Shown here piece by piece: positions 9,055 through 18,720 of a DNA stretch of 64,000 nt. Location: positions 15,489 through 79,488 of the forward strand of contig CAZZIC010000001.1 of NCBI GenBank assembly GCA_964653985.1, in the 5' to 3' direction. The notes beneath the pieces were generated by a model. The model was not told the DNA's origin and made no database searches. It saw only the letters and a program-made list of their open reading frames with translations. The translations under genes were made by a program, and so were the position numbers. This stretch comes from an uncultured archaeon. Lineage in GTDB: Archaea > Asgardarchaeota > Lokiarchaeia > Sigyniarchaeales > SOKP01. Within the stretch, counting starts at the first letter, position 1. Each line of letters starts with the position of its first letter.

Positions 9055-9804
9055 ATGAGTTTACAATTCGGCAATTATAACTTCGAGATTTTTATAACAG
9101 ACGAAGATCCCAGATTAAATACAAGAGTTAGAGCAATTCCCAGATTTAAACTTATAAAAAAAATAAAAAAAACTCTTGATGGAAAAGAAGTCCATAATAC
9201 AAAGAGAGCTATTGTACCGTATGATAATGAATTTATGGAAAGATTAAGATACGATGAAAATTTACTTCAAGAATTTTTAGAAAATGATAATGAAATTGAT
9301 TTAGAACTAACAGGAAAAAGAATTTCAAGAACATTTCGAATCTTATTAAACCAAGACAACGAATTATGCTATAACTTTACAGAATATCAAATTCAAAAAG
9401 ATCGACAAGGGAGAATTATTCCATGTGTAGAATGTGGGGAACTTTTTTGCAAACACCAAGTAAAGAAAAGAACAAAATCCAATATAAACGAGGATCAAAA
9501 ACCGGTTATATTCATCAAACCGATGATGCTAGATAAATTGGAAGCAATAAAAAGATGGTCATTTGGGCGAAGTTATCAACTCAGGCATGTTGATGGATTA
9601 ACATTTAAATTTTGCTATGAATTATCCCAAAAACTTCATAAATCAGGTAAAATGGTATTAATGGCACCCATAGAAGAGAATACGCCCCAGAAAATCGTTC
9701 TTAGAAACAATACAGCTCCATTTTATGCTTGGTTAGAGGGTCGAATAAATGGGGACAAATATGCTTTGATATTACATCGTGCTACTCTAAAAATTGTGGA
9801 TTGA
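9055..9804 (+). CDS. hypothetical protein (second candidate Ku-like protein, unverified)
   Basis: This 249-aa ORF starts 56 nt after the previous gene. The segment IFIKPMMLDKLEAIKRWSFGRSYQLRHVDGLTFKFCYELSQKLHKSGKMVLMAPIEENTPQKIVLR resembles the Ku stretch (..IDPIYF.+SYYL.P...G.+AY.LL..AL...GK.aia......+..LaaLR) by eye. An internal CxxC...C..H is also present. Confidence 0.55.
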   Translation: MSLQFGNYNFEIFITDEDPRLNTRVRAIPRFKLIKKIKKTLDGKEVHNTKRAIVPYDNEFMERLRYDENLLQEFLENDNEIDLELTGKRISRTFRILLNQDNELCYNFTEYQIQKDRQGRIIPCVECGELFCKHQVKKRTKSNINEDQKPVIFIKPMMLDKLEAIKRWSFGRSYQLRHVDGLTFKFCYELSQKLHKSGKMVLMAPIEENTPQKIVLRNNTAPFYAWLEGRINGDKYALILHRATLKIVD

Positions 9805-9855
9805 AATAGATTATAATCTTTAATGGAAAATTAAGCAAAAAAGATTAAAGAAAAA

Positions 9856-11784
9856 ATGAAAAAAATCATAACTTTAGCAGAAAGAAAATTTGGAAAGGAA
9901 TTTGGAAACTACTGGCTGGGTCCTACATTCAGTGCTAATAAAAGAATTCAACAAATTACGGATGATTACAAGCTTGCTTTCCTTAAAAAATTCTATTCTC
10001 TTCCTCCCTCTTTTATAAACCCTATTAACAAAGATAAAACGTATCGAAAACTACCCGATGATCTTATAGTATCAGTTAAACGAGATGGAAGTTATTTCAC
10101 CTATGTTTATGATATACATTCCGAACCAGTTTCAGTTTTTTGTAACTCGCCAAATGCCAGGATTTTATATAATCTCCCCGTGAATCGAGAACTGGAGCAA
10201 AGAATTCCAAAAATAAACGAAAATAAATTAGGTTCGTTGAAGGAGCTTTTAAATGAGATCATCGGTGAAAACATATTCAAGAACTTTAAGACTATTCACA
10301 AAATTGTTTTAGCAGGAGAGCTTTTTTCTAATGTTGAAAAAGAGAACGATAGACCACGAGTTTATGATTTAGTTAAGGTAATGTTTAATCCTGAAAGTTT
10401 AAAAGAATTAGAAGCGATTCATTTTGACATTTTTGATATTATTTCTATTAATGGTAATAGTCTGATAACACTTCCCTACAAAAAACGCCTCGATATTTGT
10501 AAACTTTTGTTTTCCATCAATGATGAAAATAAAGCTAATATAATTGAACATAAAACTAAGGTTAAATCTAAAGACACTTACAAATTATATGAGCGATGGG
10601 TTCAGAAAAAGCATCACGAAGGAATAGTGATTCATACTAAATATAATATGTCCTATAAAATAAAGCCAATATTCAATATTGATGCGGTGATTATTGGGTT
10701 TGTTGAATTACTGAAAGAAAGTCTTCTTGAAGGTGATGAGGGTGCTATTAGTTCGTTATTGTTAGCATTAATGCATGAAGATGGAAGTTTTCAAGAGTTA
10801 TGCCGTATGGGAGGAGGTCTTTCTTATGAACAAAGAGTTGAGTTATTTAACCTTCTAAAGCAAGATGTTGTAAAATCTAGTTTTAGAGCCTCAAAACAAG
10901 ATGGAAGGGCATTTAGATTTGTAATTCCGAAATATATTGTCCAAGTTGATTATATGGACTACATTATAGAAGATAGTAAGGGTAAATCCATTCAGAGAAT
11001 GAATTTGAAATTTGAGGATAACAAATGGATTCCCATAAAAAGCATACCTTTTGTTTCTCTTATATCTCCCCGCTATGGTGTAATGCGAAGTGAGATAGAT
11101 AAAGAAAAATATCCTTCTCTTGCATATGTAAATCCAAAAGAGGTTAGATATGAGGATGTTAAATGTAAGCAGATACTCGATTTAGTTCCGATTGACCTTA
11201 TTGGATCCCAAGAGGTTTTAGAAAATCTACCTAAATCTAAAATATTATTTAAAGTTGTATTTGAAGGTGAATGGACAGGTTATAAATCGGGAAGAAAAAT
11301 AATTCTCTGGCAAACAAATAAAAAGGATTTAAATCCTTCTTTTCCAAATTATATTGTTTACTATGGAAATTATAGTTATACTCGACGGAGTCCTTTAGAA
11401 CAAAGAATTTATCCATTCAACAGTTTAGATAAGGCAATTGATCATATAAACTGGGTTTTTAAAAGACCTGATAGTAATCAAAAAGGTTTAATCAACAAAA
11501 GTGGTAATGGTTTAAAGAGATCAATAAATACACCTCCATTTGAGCTATTAATCGATAAAGGACATAAAGAAAAAATTATTAGTGGATTAGATTTTCTTAT
11601 AAAAAAAATTTTATTCAATGAAGAGTTTAAAGTAGATTTGGATTTGGATGATTTGGATTTTGATTTTGAAGAATTAGAAATGGAGGAACAAGAGAATCAA
11701 GAAATAGATAATGAAGTAGAAAAAGATTTATTAGATAAAATGTTAGAAACTGATCTAGATGATATTGACTTCGAAGATCTTTAA
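9856..11784 (+). CDS. ATP-dependent DNA ligase (minimal nucleotidyltransferase + OB core) with ~220-aa C-terminal extension and acidic tail
   Basis: Motif I is SVKRDGSY (KxDG at nt 10078-10089), motif III VLAGELFS, motif IIIa FDIFDIISING followed by LPYKKRLDICKLLF, motif IV HHEGIVIHT and motif V SYKIKP...DAVIIGF. The OB domain starts at SSLLLALMHEDGSFQELCRMGGGLS, and a motif VI-like LISPRYGVMRSEIDKEK follows. Confidence 0.75.
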   Translation: MKKIITLAERKFGKEFGNYWLGPTFSANKRIQQITDDYKLAFLKKFYSLPPSFINPINKDKTYRKLPDDLIVSVKRDGSYFTYVYDIHSEPVSVFCNSPNARILYNLPVNRELEQRIPKINENKLGSLKELLNEIIGENIFKNFKTIHKIVLAGELFSNVEKENDRPRVYDLVKVMFNPESLKELEAIHFDIFDIISINGNSLITLPYKKRLDICKLLFSINDENKANIIEHKTKVKSKDTYKLYERWVQKKHHEGIVIHTKYNMSYKIKPIFNIDAVIIGFVELLKESLLEGDEGAISSLLLALMHEDGSFQELCRMGGGLSYEQRVELFNLLKQDVVKSSFRASKQDGRAFRFVIPKYIVQVDYMDYIIEDSKGKSIQRMNLKFEDNKWIPIKSIPFVSLISPRYGVMRSEIDKEKYPSLAYVNPKEVRYEDVKCKQILDLVPIDLIGSQEVLENLPKSKILFKVVFEGEWTGYKSGRKIILWQTNKKDLNPSFPNYIVYYGNYSYTRRSPLEQRIYPFNSLDKAIDHINWVFKRPDSNQKGLINKSGNGLKRSINTPPFELLIDKGHKEKIISGLDFLIKKILFNEEFKVDLDLDDLDFDFEELEMEEQENQEIDNEVEKDLLDKMLETDLDDIDFEDL

Positions 11785-14337
11785 TTAACTGATTCTTTCA
11801 AGGACTTCCATCAATAAAGAGGGAATTTCCATAATCTTCGTGATATATACAATCTCCCCTTTTGTTTTTTCTAAAATCCATTGGGCATATCTTTTCGAAT
11901 AAGATCTTGTATTAACACCTAATAGAAATTGAACACGTTGGTTAATATATTCTTCTAACTGACTTTTTATTTGACTTTCACTCTCGCTGAAGGCACAATC
12001 TGTTAAAAGAAAGCAGAGTTTCCTTTCTGTACGGGTTTTTTGAAGTTCTTTTGCTCCCCATTCTAAAGCTGCTTTAACTTGAGTCCCTCCCCGAGCCCTC
12101 AAATCAAGTAACTCATCTGCCACATCCTCAAGATCTCGTTGATCTCCGAATTCTTTGACTATGTGAGTATTAGACTCAAAAAAACAGATTGCTACTTCAT
12201 CAGCTTTTAAGGTACCTATTAAAACCATAACTGCTATGGAACATGCGGCAAGTTTCATCCCACTCATTGAACCCGAGATATCAAGTAAAAAACAAATTGA
12301 AACCCTTCCTTTTTCAGTTCTTTGTACTAATAAATCCTCAGATGTAATCATTTCAATTGATTTTCCTTGCATTAAAATATTCTCAATGGTGGCATCAATA
12401 TTTATTAAGTCCATATCATCTCCAAGAATAAATGGTCTCAATTGAGTAGTTGGAATTAAACCCTTTTCTCCACTACCTCTTTGATTAGAAATAATATTCA
12501 TAGCAATTTTGATTAGAGCATCCCTACATAAACCTTTAACAAAACCTTTTAGATGGCTGGGGACTTGGGTTCGGTGATAAAACCACTGGATGAGTAAATT
12601 TTCTCCTGGTCCTGCATTTAAGGATTCCGCTACCCTTTTCTGAGCCCTTTTCCCTTGCTTTCCAGCAGCCTGGAAGGTTTTTCCCATATCATGATGAGAA
12701 AGTGCTCCAAGTCCAGGATAATTATTTTTTTCAAGAGCAATATCTATTAATTCATTTATTTGAGGTCCAGTTAATTTAATCTTTTTCATAATTTTCGCAT
12801 ATCTTTCAAAATTACCAATGTTTTGCTGGTACATTGATTTTAAAAGTTTATAATTACCACCAAATATTTCAATGATAATATCCTCTTTGACACCAAGTTT
12901 TTTACCAATTTTTATAACTTCTCCTTGGTTTAGGGGGACCAAATTAGAAACTAAAGATCTGAGGGAATTTTTAAACTGATCCTTATCATGTGCTGATTCT
13001 AAACCTTTTATCCCCGATTTCAAGGCGTTTCCAACAAAGGTTCCTTGGCAAGATTCGAATTCACTTTGATCTGATAAATTCATTAATTCATTCGCTAAGT
13101 CTGTGAGATTATAACTTGCTTGTCCGTTATTATTAAGATAATCCATTATTTTTCTTTCAATAAGTTCATTAAGCATTTTTCGCCATTGTGGATGTTCCGC
13201 CTGGGCTTGAAAAAGCTCCGATAAAGAAGGAGATGGATTTTGTCTTGTCCATTCTTCAAATAGTTTATTCGTTAAATTGGAGTTAAACTTTTTATCCAAG
13301 GCTCTGGAAATGTCAAATGAAGAATCAGCATCTTTCTGAACGCTATTTGAAAATACTTTATTTTGATCAAATTGAGGGATATGATTTAAAACGTTAGAAA
13401 CCTCATTTAAATCAATAATGTTATCAATTCTATCAATTAAACCGTTCGCAAGAGTGTTGATTTGAGATTTTTCCATACCTACTTGATCGAGATAATTTAA
13501 TGAGCGTGCTGAGGCTCCAACCTCTTCTGAATTCATTACATTATTAAGAGAATTCTTGAAATCCATATCACCCATCAAATATTGAGCTGTAAGATTAATC
13601 CATGGCGTTTTTGCTTGATCTAATATATCTTCCCCCCAATTTAAGTTTGTTGCTGATTGAATATCTGAAGGAGATAAATTATTTATCTCCCGTAGGATTG
13701 TTTGATGACAGTCTTTTTTTAGATCGTTGATATCTTTTATCCCTTGTTCTAAAACATATTTATAATTATCTCTTTGCTCTATAATATCAACTAAACTTCG
13801 AAATGGTTCTTTATCTTGATTTGCTTGGTCATATAGATTATTAACAAAATCCATTAAACCGGAAAATTCTTCCATAGCTTTATCAATTAATTCTTCCGTA
13901 TCCAAATTACTGATATCTAGTTTAGAATCCATTAAATCTAAAAACTCTTCCATAAAATCAGTTTTTTTATCGCTTGTTGCTTCAATATCTTCTTTTTTTT
14001 GTCTCTTTCCAGCTTTATTTTTATCTTTCTTTTCAAAAATAATGTTGAATGCAATTTCTTGGGCAATTGATTGATCCTCTATAGGTGTAGTCAGTACAGC
14101 AGCATTAATAAAGTCGTCAGGAATGAGATTATGCTTACGGTAGTACATTGCAGTTATTAATTTAGGTATCGCTATTGCTTGGCGAGTACTAGGGATGTTT
14201 TTAAGTCTGCCTTTATTCCTTCGCATTTGATAAATAAATTCAATCGTAAATGAGATAGGATTCCACTCTAAGATTTTGTTATTTGCAAAATCTCCGATAT
14301 TACCTTTATCTATTCTTCTCATCCTGTTTTTACTCAT
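11785..14337 (-). CDS. large vWA-domain protein (CbbO/NorD/ViaA-like partner of the adjacent MoxR ATPase)
   Basis: The C-terminal vWA domain has a MIDAS motif DISGS (nt 12268-12282) inside VSICFLLDISGSMSG, followed by GGTQVKAAL and LLTDCAF. The ~650-aa helical N-region is of unknown family. The gene starts 23 nt after the MoxR gene. Confidence 0.75.
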   Translation of the reverse strand: MSKNRMRRIDKGNIGDFANNKILEWNPISFTIEFIYQMRRNKGRLKNIPSTRQAIAIPKLITAMYYRKHNLIPDDFINAAVLTTPIEDQSIAQEIAFNIIFEKKDKNKAGKRQKKEDIEATSDKKTDFMEEFLDLMDSKLDISNLDTEELIDKAMEEFSGLMDFVNNLYDQANQDKEPFRSLVDIIEQRDNYKYVLEQGIKDINDLKKDCHQTILREINNLSPSDIQSATNLNWGEDILDQAKTPWINLTAQYLMGDMDFKNSLNNVMNSEEVGASARSLNYLDQVGMEKSQINTLANGLIDRIDNIIDLNEVSNVLNHIPQFDQNKVFSNSVQKDADSSFDISRALDKKFNSNLTNKLFEEWTRQNPSPSLSELFQAQAEHPQWRKMLNELIERKIMDYLNNNGQASYNLTDLANELMNLSDQSEFESCQGTFVGNALKSGIKGLESAHDKDQFKNSLRSLVSNLVPLNQGEVIKIGKKLGVKEDIIIEIFGGNYKLLKSMYQQNIGNFERYAKIMKKIKLTGPQINELIDIALEKNNYPGLGALSHHDMGKTFQAAGKQGKRAQKRVAESLNAGPGENLLIQWFYHRTQVPSHLKGFVKGLCRDALIKIAMNIISNQRGSGEKGLIPTTQLRPFILGDDMDLINIDATIENILMQGKSIEMITSEDLLVQRTEKGRVSICFLLDISGSMSGMKLAACSIAVMVLIGTLKADEVAICFFESNTHIVKEFGDQRDLEDVADELLDLRARGGTQVKAALEWGAKELQKTRTERKLCFLLTDCAFSESESQIKSQLEEYINQRVQFLLGVNTRSYSKRYAQWILEKTKGEIVYITKIMEIPSLLMEVLERIS

Positions 14338-14360
14338 TCATCAATATTTAAGTATTCTAT

Positions 14361-15272
14361 TTAAGAAACTCCAACAACCTTTGTCAAAATGTGCTTAATA
14401 AACTTCTTAACATCTTTTCCGGGTCTAAGTTCTATTGAATCTTGCAAAATTAGTTTTGCAGATTCAGCGATTAATTTATTATCCACACTAGTATTGAGTC
14501 GATTTGCTCTTTCTGAAACAAATCTAGCAAGTCCTATACTTGTCCTCAAACTGGGTGGCCGTTCAACTTCAGGAGCGTCCCGGCATTGGATCATTAATTC
14601 GATGATCTTTTCTTGCGTTAATGCTGAAAGATTATATTCTGGACAATTTGAAACCATTATCTTCTGTTCTAATGACTTCGGGGGATAACTTAGATGGATC
14701 CAAACTTTTATTCTATCTTTTATAGCAGAGGGTAATCGTCTGGTTCCTTTCAATTCGGTAGGATTCATCGCCGCAATTACATAAAATTCATCTTTTGTCT
14801 TCAACCATGTCTTCAATTGAGGAATATACAAGCGACGCTCCTCCATAGCATCTAACATACTATTTAGAACATACTCATCTCCTCTATTCAATTCATTTGC
14901 TAAGAAGATACCTCCTTTGAGAGCAGCCAAAGAAAAAGGACCCGGGATATATGAGTCTGGTGAAAATCCGTATTTAAAGACCAATGTAGGATCGAATGAA
15001 CCGATCAGTGTGGAAGGCCGTATTAAATCAGAAAAAGTAACCCAATGAAACTCCCTTTCAAGATCGTATGCAAATTTACGACACAATGCTGTTTTACCAC
15101 ATCCCACGGGTCCAACTAAGCCAACAAATAAACCCGCATTATAAGCATCTAGCATTGCTTCATAAGCGTACTTATATTGACCTTCTAGAACTAAATTAAT
15201 ATCCTCGCGGATATCTTCTATTTTACTTTCTTGAATCAATTTTGAAAATTCTTTAACTTGTTGCTTGGACAT
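14361..15272 (-). CDS. MoxR/CbbQ/NorQ-family AAA+ ATPase
   Basis: Walker A is GPVGCGKT. The Walker B region IFLANELNRGDEYVLNSMLDAMEERR has Asn where MoxR proteins have Asp. Sensor 1 and the Arg finger read VIAAMNPTELKGTRRLPSAIKDRI. The 303-aa length is typical of this family. Confidence 0.8.
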   Translation of the reverse strand: MSKQQVKEFSKLIQESKIEDIREDINLVLEGQYKYAYEAMLDAYNAGLFVGLVGPVGCGKTALCRKFAYDLEREFHWVTFSDLIRPSTLIGSFDPTLVFKYGFSPDSYIPGPFSLAALKGGIFLANELNRGDEYVLNSMLDAMEERRLYIPQLKTWLKTKDEFYVIAAMNPTELKGTRRLPSAIKDRIKVWIHLSYPPKSLEQKIMVSNCPEYNLSALTQEKIIELMIQCRDAPEVERPPSLRTSIGLARFVSERANRLNTSVDNKLIAESAKLILQDSIELRPGKDVKKFIKHILTKVVGVS

Positions 15273-15323
15273 TTATTATACACTTTTTTAAATTATTTTT
15301 ATTAGGAATTTATTTATAAGGTT

Positions 15324-15851
15324 TCAATTTTCGAAAAATAATTCCGTTTCTGTAGGTTGAACAACTATTGGAACCTCATAATTTAATTTTTCAATCGCTT
15401 TTACAACTCTGTTGTATTCTTCTTCTTCTAAAACTGTTCTTCGGCCGAATTTTAACCTCTTCATAATGTAATCTCCAAAATATGTTTCCTTAAGATCTTT
15501 CACATAATACTTTTTGCCTTTCTTCTTTACTTGTGAATTTTTTAATTCTTTAATTCTCTTTAATAGAATTATTTTAGCGAGAGGTTTCCAAGATTTCTCT
15601 TGTTTTAAAGCTTCTAAATCAAAATCTCTATGATTTAATTTATCATCTTTTACCATTAAACTAATATTCTTTAAAAACGCAGTAAAATATTTTCTTTTAA
15701 AATTTTCAATGGAACTGGTATCTGTTATTTGATTTGTAAGCTTTGAAAATAGATCCTCAATGATTTTTTCATTCGTGTTTTCATAATATTTTTGAATCTG
15801 TTTTTTTAAGTTAACAGTAAATATATCACACTCATTGTTCTTATTTTCCAA
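15324..15851 (-). CDS. hypothetical protein (175 aa)
   Basis: The TTG start lies 6 nt after an AGGTGA (complement of 15858-15863). It sits 18 nt downstream of the Rad50-like gene and 51 nt upstream of the MoxR gene. I recognise no motif. The C-terminus is ...TETELFFEN. Confidence 0.5.
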   Translation of the reverse strand: MENKNNECDIFTVNLKKQIQKYYENTNEKIIEDLFSKLTNQITDTSSIENFKRKYFTAFLKNISLMVKDDKLNHRDFDLEALKQEKSWKPLAKIILLKRIKELKNSQVKKKGKKYYVKDLKETYFGDYIMKRLKFGRRTVLEEEEYNRVVKAIEKLNYEVPIVVQPTETELFFEN

Positions 15852-15869
15852 TCCTATTCACCTTTTTTT

Positions 15870-18389
15870 TTATTTTTTTAGTTCAATTTTATTATTACAG
15901 ACAATCTTGTCTACATCTTGATGAGTTATGAGTATTACTTGAGTATTTTCCGCCATTGATGAAATATTGGATAAGAGATTTTTTCTATTATTTATATCAA
16001 TGAATTCGGTTGGTTCATCAATTAAAAGAAAAGATGATACATTGATGAGTTCACTAAGTGAAAATTTATAAGAAAGTCCTAATAAAAGTTTATGACCTCC
16101 ACCCTCATATACCCATGCTGGATAATATGTATTAAGACTCATTCCTTTCGGAGTAACAGACAACGAATAATCATCGCTATCAATAAAAATTTTCTCAAAT
16201 TCTTCTTCCGAGGATAAAACCTTATGATAATCTAAAATTCTTTCTTCCAAAGCATTCGAAATATTGTCTCGAATTATTCCTTGGGTCTTTTTAAAAACGT
16301 TCTGAAAATATCTATATTTTTCTGCTAGCTTTTCTTTAAGGAGAAGTATTTGTATTTTTTTTTCATTAACTGCTATTTGCTTGTCTAATCTTTTTATTTT
16401 GTCTTTAATATCTTCCAAATCTTTTTTCAATTGAACTTTTTGCTCTTCCAAATGCTTTAAACTAGATGAAATTTCAGACATTTTCGAAATTATTAATTCA
16501 TTAAAATCCTCTTTCAATTTAGTTGCCGCCTTAAGAGATAAATCGCTTTTAAAGTTATCAATTTGATTTAAAACTACCTTTAAGGGCTTTATAACGCCGT
16601 CATCCTCTCCTAAAAGCTTAATGTATTTATCTAATTCCGTTTTAACAGTATTTAGTAAGATAATGAGATTCCTTTTACCTTCTGTAAGATTTTCTTCAGC
16701 ATCTTTTTTATCTTTTTGAATCTCTTTCATTTTTGAGTTTTGTTTCTCTACTTGCTTGACTGATGAGTTTAAATCATTTAATTCTTTCTCTTTTTTTCGA
16801 TGTTCTTCCCTTAAATCGTTTAAAGCTGTTTTTTTTTCTTGAAGAAGCTTTTCATATTTTTCAATTTTGGTAGTTACATGCTGAATTTGTTCATTTAAAT
16901 CTTTCTCAGAAAGATTATTGATTTTTTCCTCTAAGTCGTTTATTTGTTCAAATAGATTTTTCTTCTTTAAATATTCTTGATAACTCTGTTTTTCTTTTTC
17001 TCTCTGTTTTAATAACTTCTTAGATATATCATTAAGATTTTTTTCATTAGAATCTATATTAGAATCAAAATCCTTTAACTTTTTTTTACATTCCTTGATT
17101 TCTTCTGTTATCTTGGATGCATCGATCGGTGCTCCACAATATTCACATTCTTGATTATCTTTATTTGATTTTCTCCTCTCTAAAATACCGGAGATATTTC
17201 CCTTTTCCCGTTCAATAGTTCTAAAGAAGGTTTGTAATTCCTTCTGTGCTTTTTCTAGCTCATTTAAGTTTTCATTAGTTTTTAAATATTCATCTTTAAA
17301 GTGTTCTATTTTTTTCGCAAGATTCTCTTTCGTTTCAAAAGGTTCAAGAAGTGATTCCTTTTCTTTTAAAATATTCTTTTCTTGTTTCTTTAGAGCATCT
17401 AATTCAACTTTTTTATTTTTGTTTTCTTGAATTTTTTGTTGTAATTTTGAGATTTCTTTCTCTTCATTTTTGATTTTATCATTAGAATCTTCAATAATTT
17501 TATTCAAAGAATTAAAATTTTTCTTTAAATCGTCAACTGATCCGAATTTATTCTTTATTTCTTCGAGTTCTTTTTTTATCATCTCAGTTTTAATATTAGC
17601 TTCTTCAACTGTTTTTTGAATTTCTTCTAAAGAATTAACAGCATCACCGATTTGTTCTGAATATTTCTTGAATTCTTTTAATTGTTCTAATCGATCAGAT
17701 TCTTTTTTAATCTCATCTTTTATGGTGTTTTCTTTATCCTCTTTTTCTTTTAGCTTCTCTGTTTGCTCTTGTTTTTCTTTCTTTGCCTGCTTTATTATCG
17801 CTTCAAATGTATCAAGAACCTTCACCTCTTTTTCGAAATCTAATGCTCGACTCCCAAACATCTTTGCTAAGGCAGTAGCAGATGTTATCCCAAATACTAT
17901 GTCTAATTTTTTATCTCCCGTTAATATATTGGAGATTTCACCTTGGGAAAAATGGACTCCAGTTTCAAAAAATCTCTTTGACATTCCTAATATCTCTAAT
18001 AACTTTAAAGCTAAATCCTCTTCATGGTTCCCAAAATCAGAAGCTAAAATATATTTTTCTTCACTTTCTGAAACCAATTTTTTCAAAGTAAAGAATCCAG
18101 TTGCTGATCTCGTTTTTCCCTTTAATTTATGCATTCTTTGGAGTTTGTATTTAGATCCATCCTTTCCTTTAAAGATGAGCTCTACTCCAACAGAATTTTG
18201 TTTGAATTTGGCTAATTGAGCGATTTTCTTAAATCCTCCAACGCCCCCAAAAAGACAGTATTCAATGGCATAAAAAATTGTTGTTTTCCCCGCATTATTT
18301 CTTCCATAGATCAAATTAAACGTTGGGTCAAATTGTAAAAGAATATCTTCATGTCTCCTAAAATTTTTCAACCTAATTGATTCAATCAC
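15870..18389 (-). CDS. Rad50/SbcC-like SMC-family ATPase, paralogue 2 (CxxC zinc hook, degenerate signature motif)
   Basis: Walker A is GRNNAGKTT and the Q-loop is HFSQGE. A long coiled coil carries the central hook CEYC (nt 17136-17147). EGGGHK replaces the LSGGE signature. Walker B is FLLIDEPTEFID and the H-loop is ILITHQD. The longest ORF extends to a TTG at 18461. The GTG at 18389, 9 nt after GAGGAGG (complement of 18399-18405), gives the typical Rad50 N-terminus (V/M)IESIRLKNFRRH. Confidence 0.8.
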   Translation of the reverse strand: MIESIRLKNFRRHEDILLQFDPTFNLIYGRNNAGKTTIFYAIEYCLFGGVGGFKKIAQLAKFKQNSVGVELIFKGKDGSKYKLQRMHKLKGKTRSATGFFTLKKLVSESEEKYILASDFGNHEEDLALKLLEILGMSKRFFETGVHFSQGEISNILTGDKKLDIVFGITSATALAKMFGSRALDFEKEVKVLDTFEAIIKQAKKEKQEQTEKLKEKEDKENTIKDEIKKESDRLEQLKEFKKYSEQIGDAVNSLEEIQKTVEEANIKTEMIKKELEEIKNKFGSVDDLKKNFNSLNKIIEDSNDKIKNEEKEISKLQQKIQENKNKKVELDALKKQEKNILKEKESLLEPFETKENLAKKIEHFKDEYLKTNENLNELEKAQKELQTFFRTIEREKGNISGILERRKSNKDNQECEYCGAPIDASKITEEIKECKKKLKDFDSNIDSNEKNLNDISKKLLKQREKEKQSYQEYLKKKNLFEQINDLEEKINNLSEKDLNEQIQHVTTKIEKYEKLLQEKKTALNDLREEHRKKEKELNDLNSSVKQVEKQNSKMKEIQKDKKDAEENLTEGKRNLIILLNTVKTELDKYIKLLGEDDGVIKPLKVVLNQIDNFKSDLSLKAATKLKEDFNELIISKMSEISSSLKHLEEQKVQLKKDLEDIKDKIKRLDKQIAVNEKKIQILLLKEKLAEKYRYFQNVFKKTQGIIRDNISNALEERILDYHKVLSSEEEFEKIFIDSDDYSLSVTPKGMSLNTYYPAWVYEGGGHKLLLGLSYKFSLSELINVSSFLLIDEPTEFIDINNRKNLLSNISSMAENTQVILITHQDVDKIVCNNKIELKK

Positions 18390-18636
18390 TTTGTTTTTCC
18401 TCCTCTTTAGCTGGGAAATCACCCTCAATTTCTTTAATATCAGATTCAAACATTTCTTCAATTCTAGAAGCTAATTTTTCCCTCGCTTTTTTAGCCAATT
18501 TAAAAGTTTTGGTCAAATTTTCTTCATCATCAAATAAATAGTTTGTAAATTCAAAAAGGGAAACCAGGTTTTCTTTTTCATTTTCTTCTAATTCAAACTT
18601 CTCTAGAATATCTGAAATGCTAAATTTAAATTCCAT
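18382..18636 (-). CDS. small acidic protein (84 aa), unknown function
   Basis: This ATG-started ORF lies between the two Rad50-like genes. Its last 8 nt overlap the proposed GTG start of the downstream gene (GTGATTGA). Its composition is helical and acidic. Confidence 0.5.
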   Translation of the reverse strand: MEFKFSISDILEKFELEENEKENLVSLFEFTNYLFDDEENLTKTFKLAKKAREKLASRIEEMFESDIKEIEGDFPAKEEEKQSD

Positions 18637-18720
18637 CTTTTTTACCCTATCTCTTTATTTTTGTCTTAATTTGATTAATTTAATTATTATATCATTTTAA
18701 AGATTTTTTAATATTTAATT

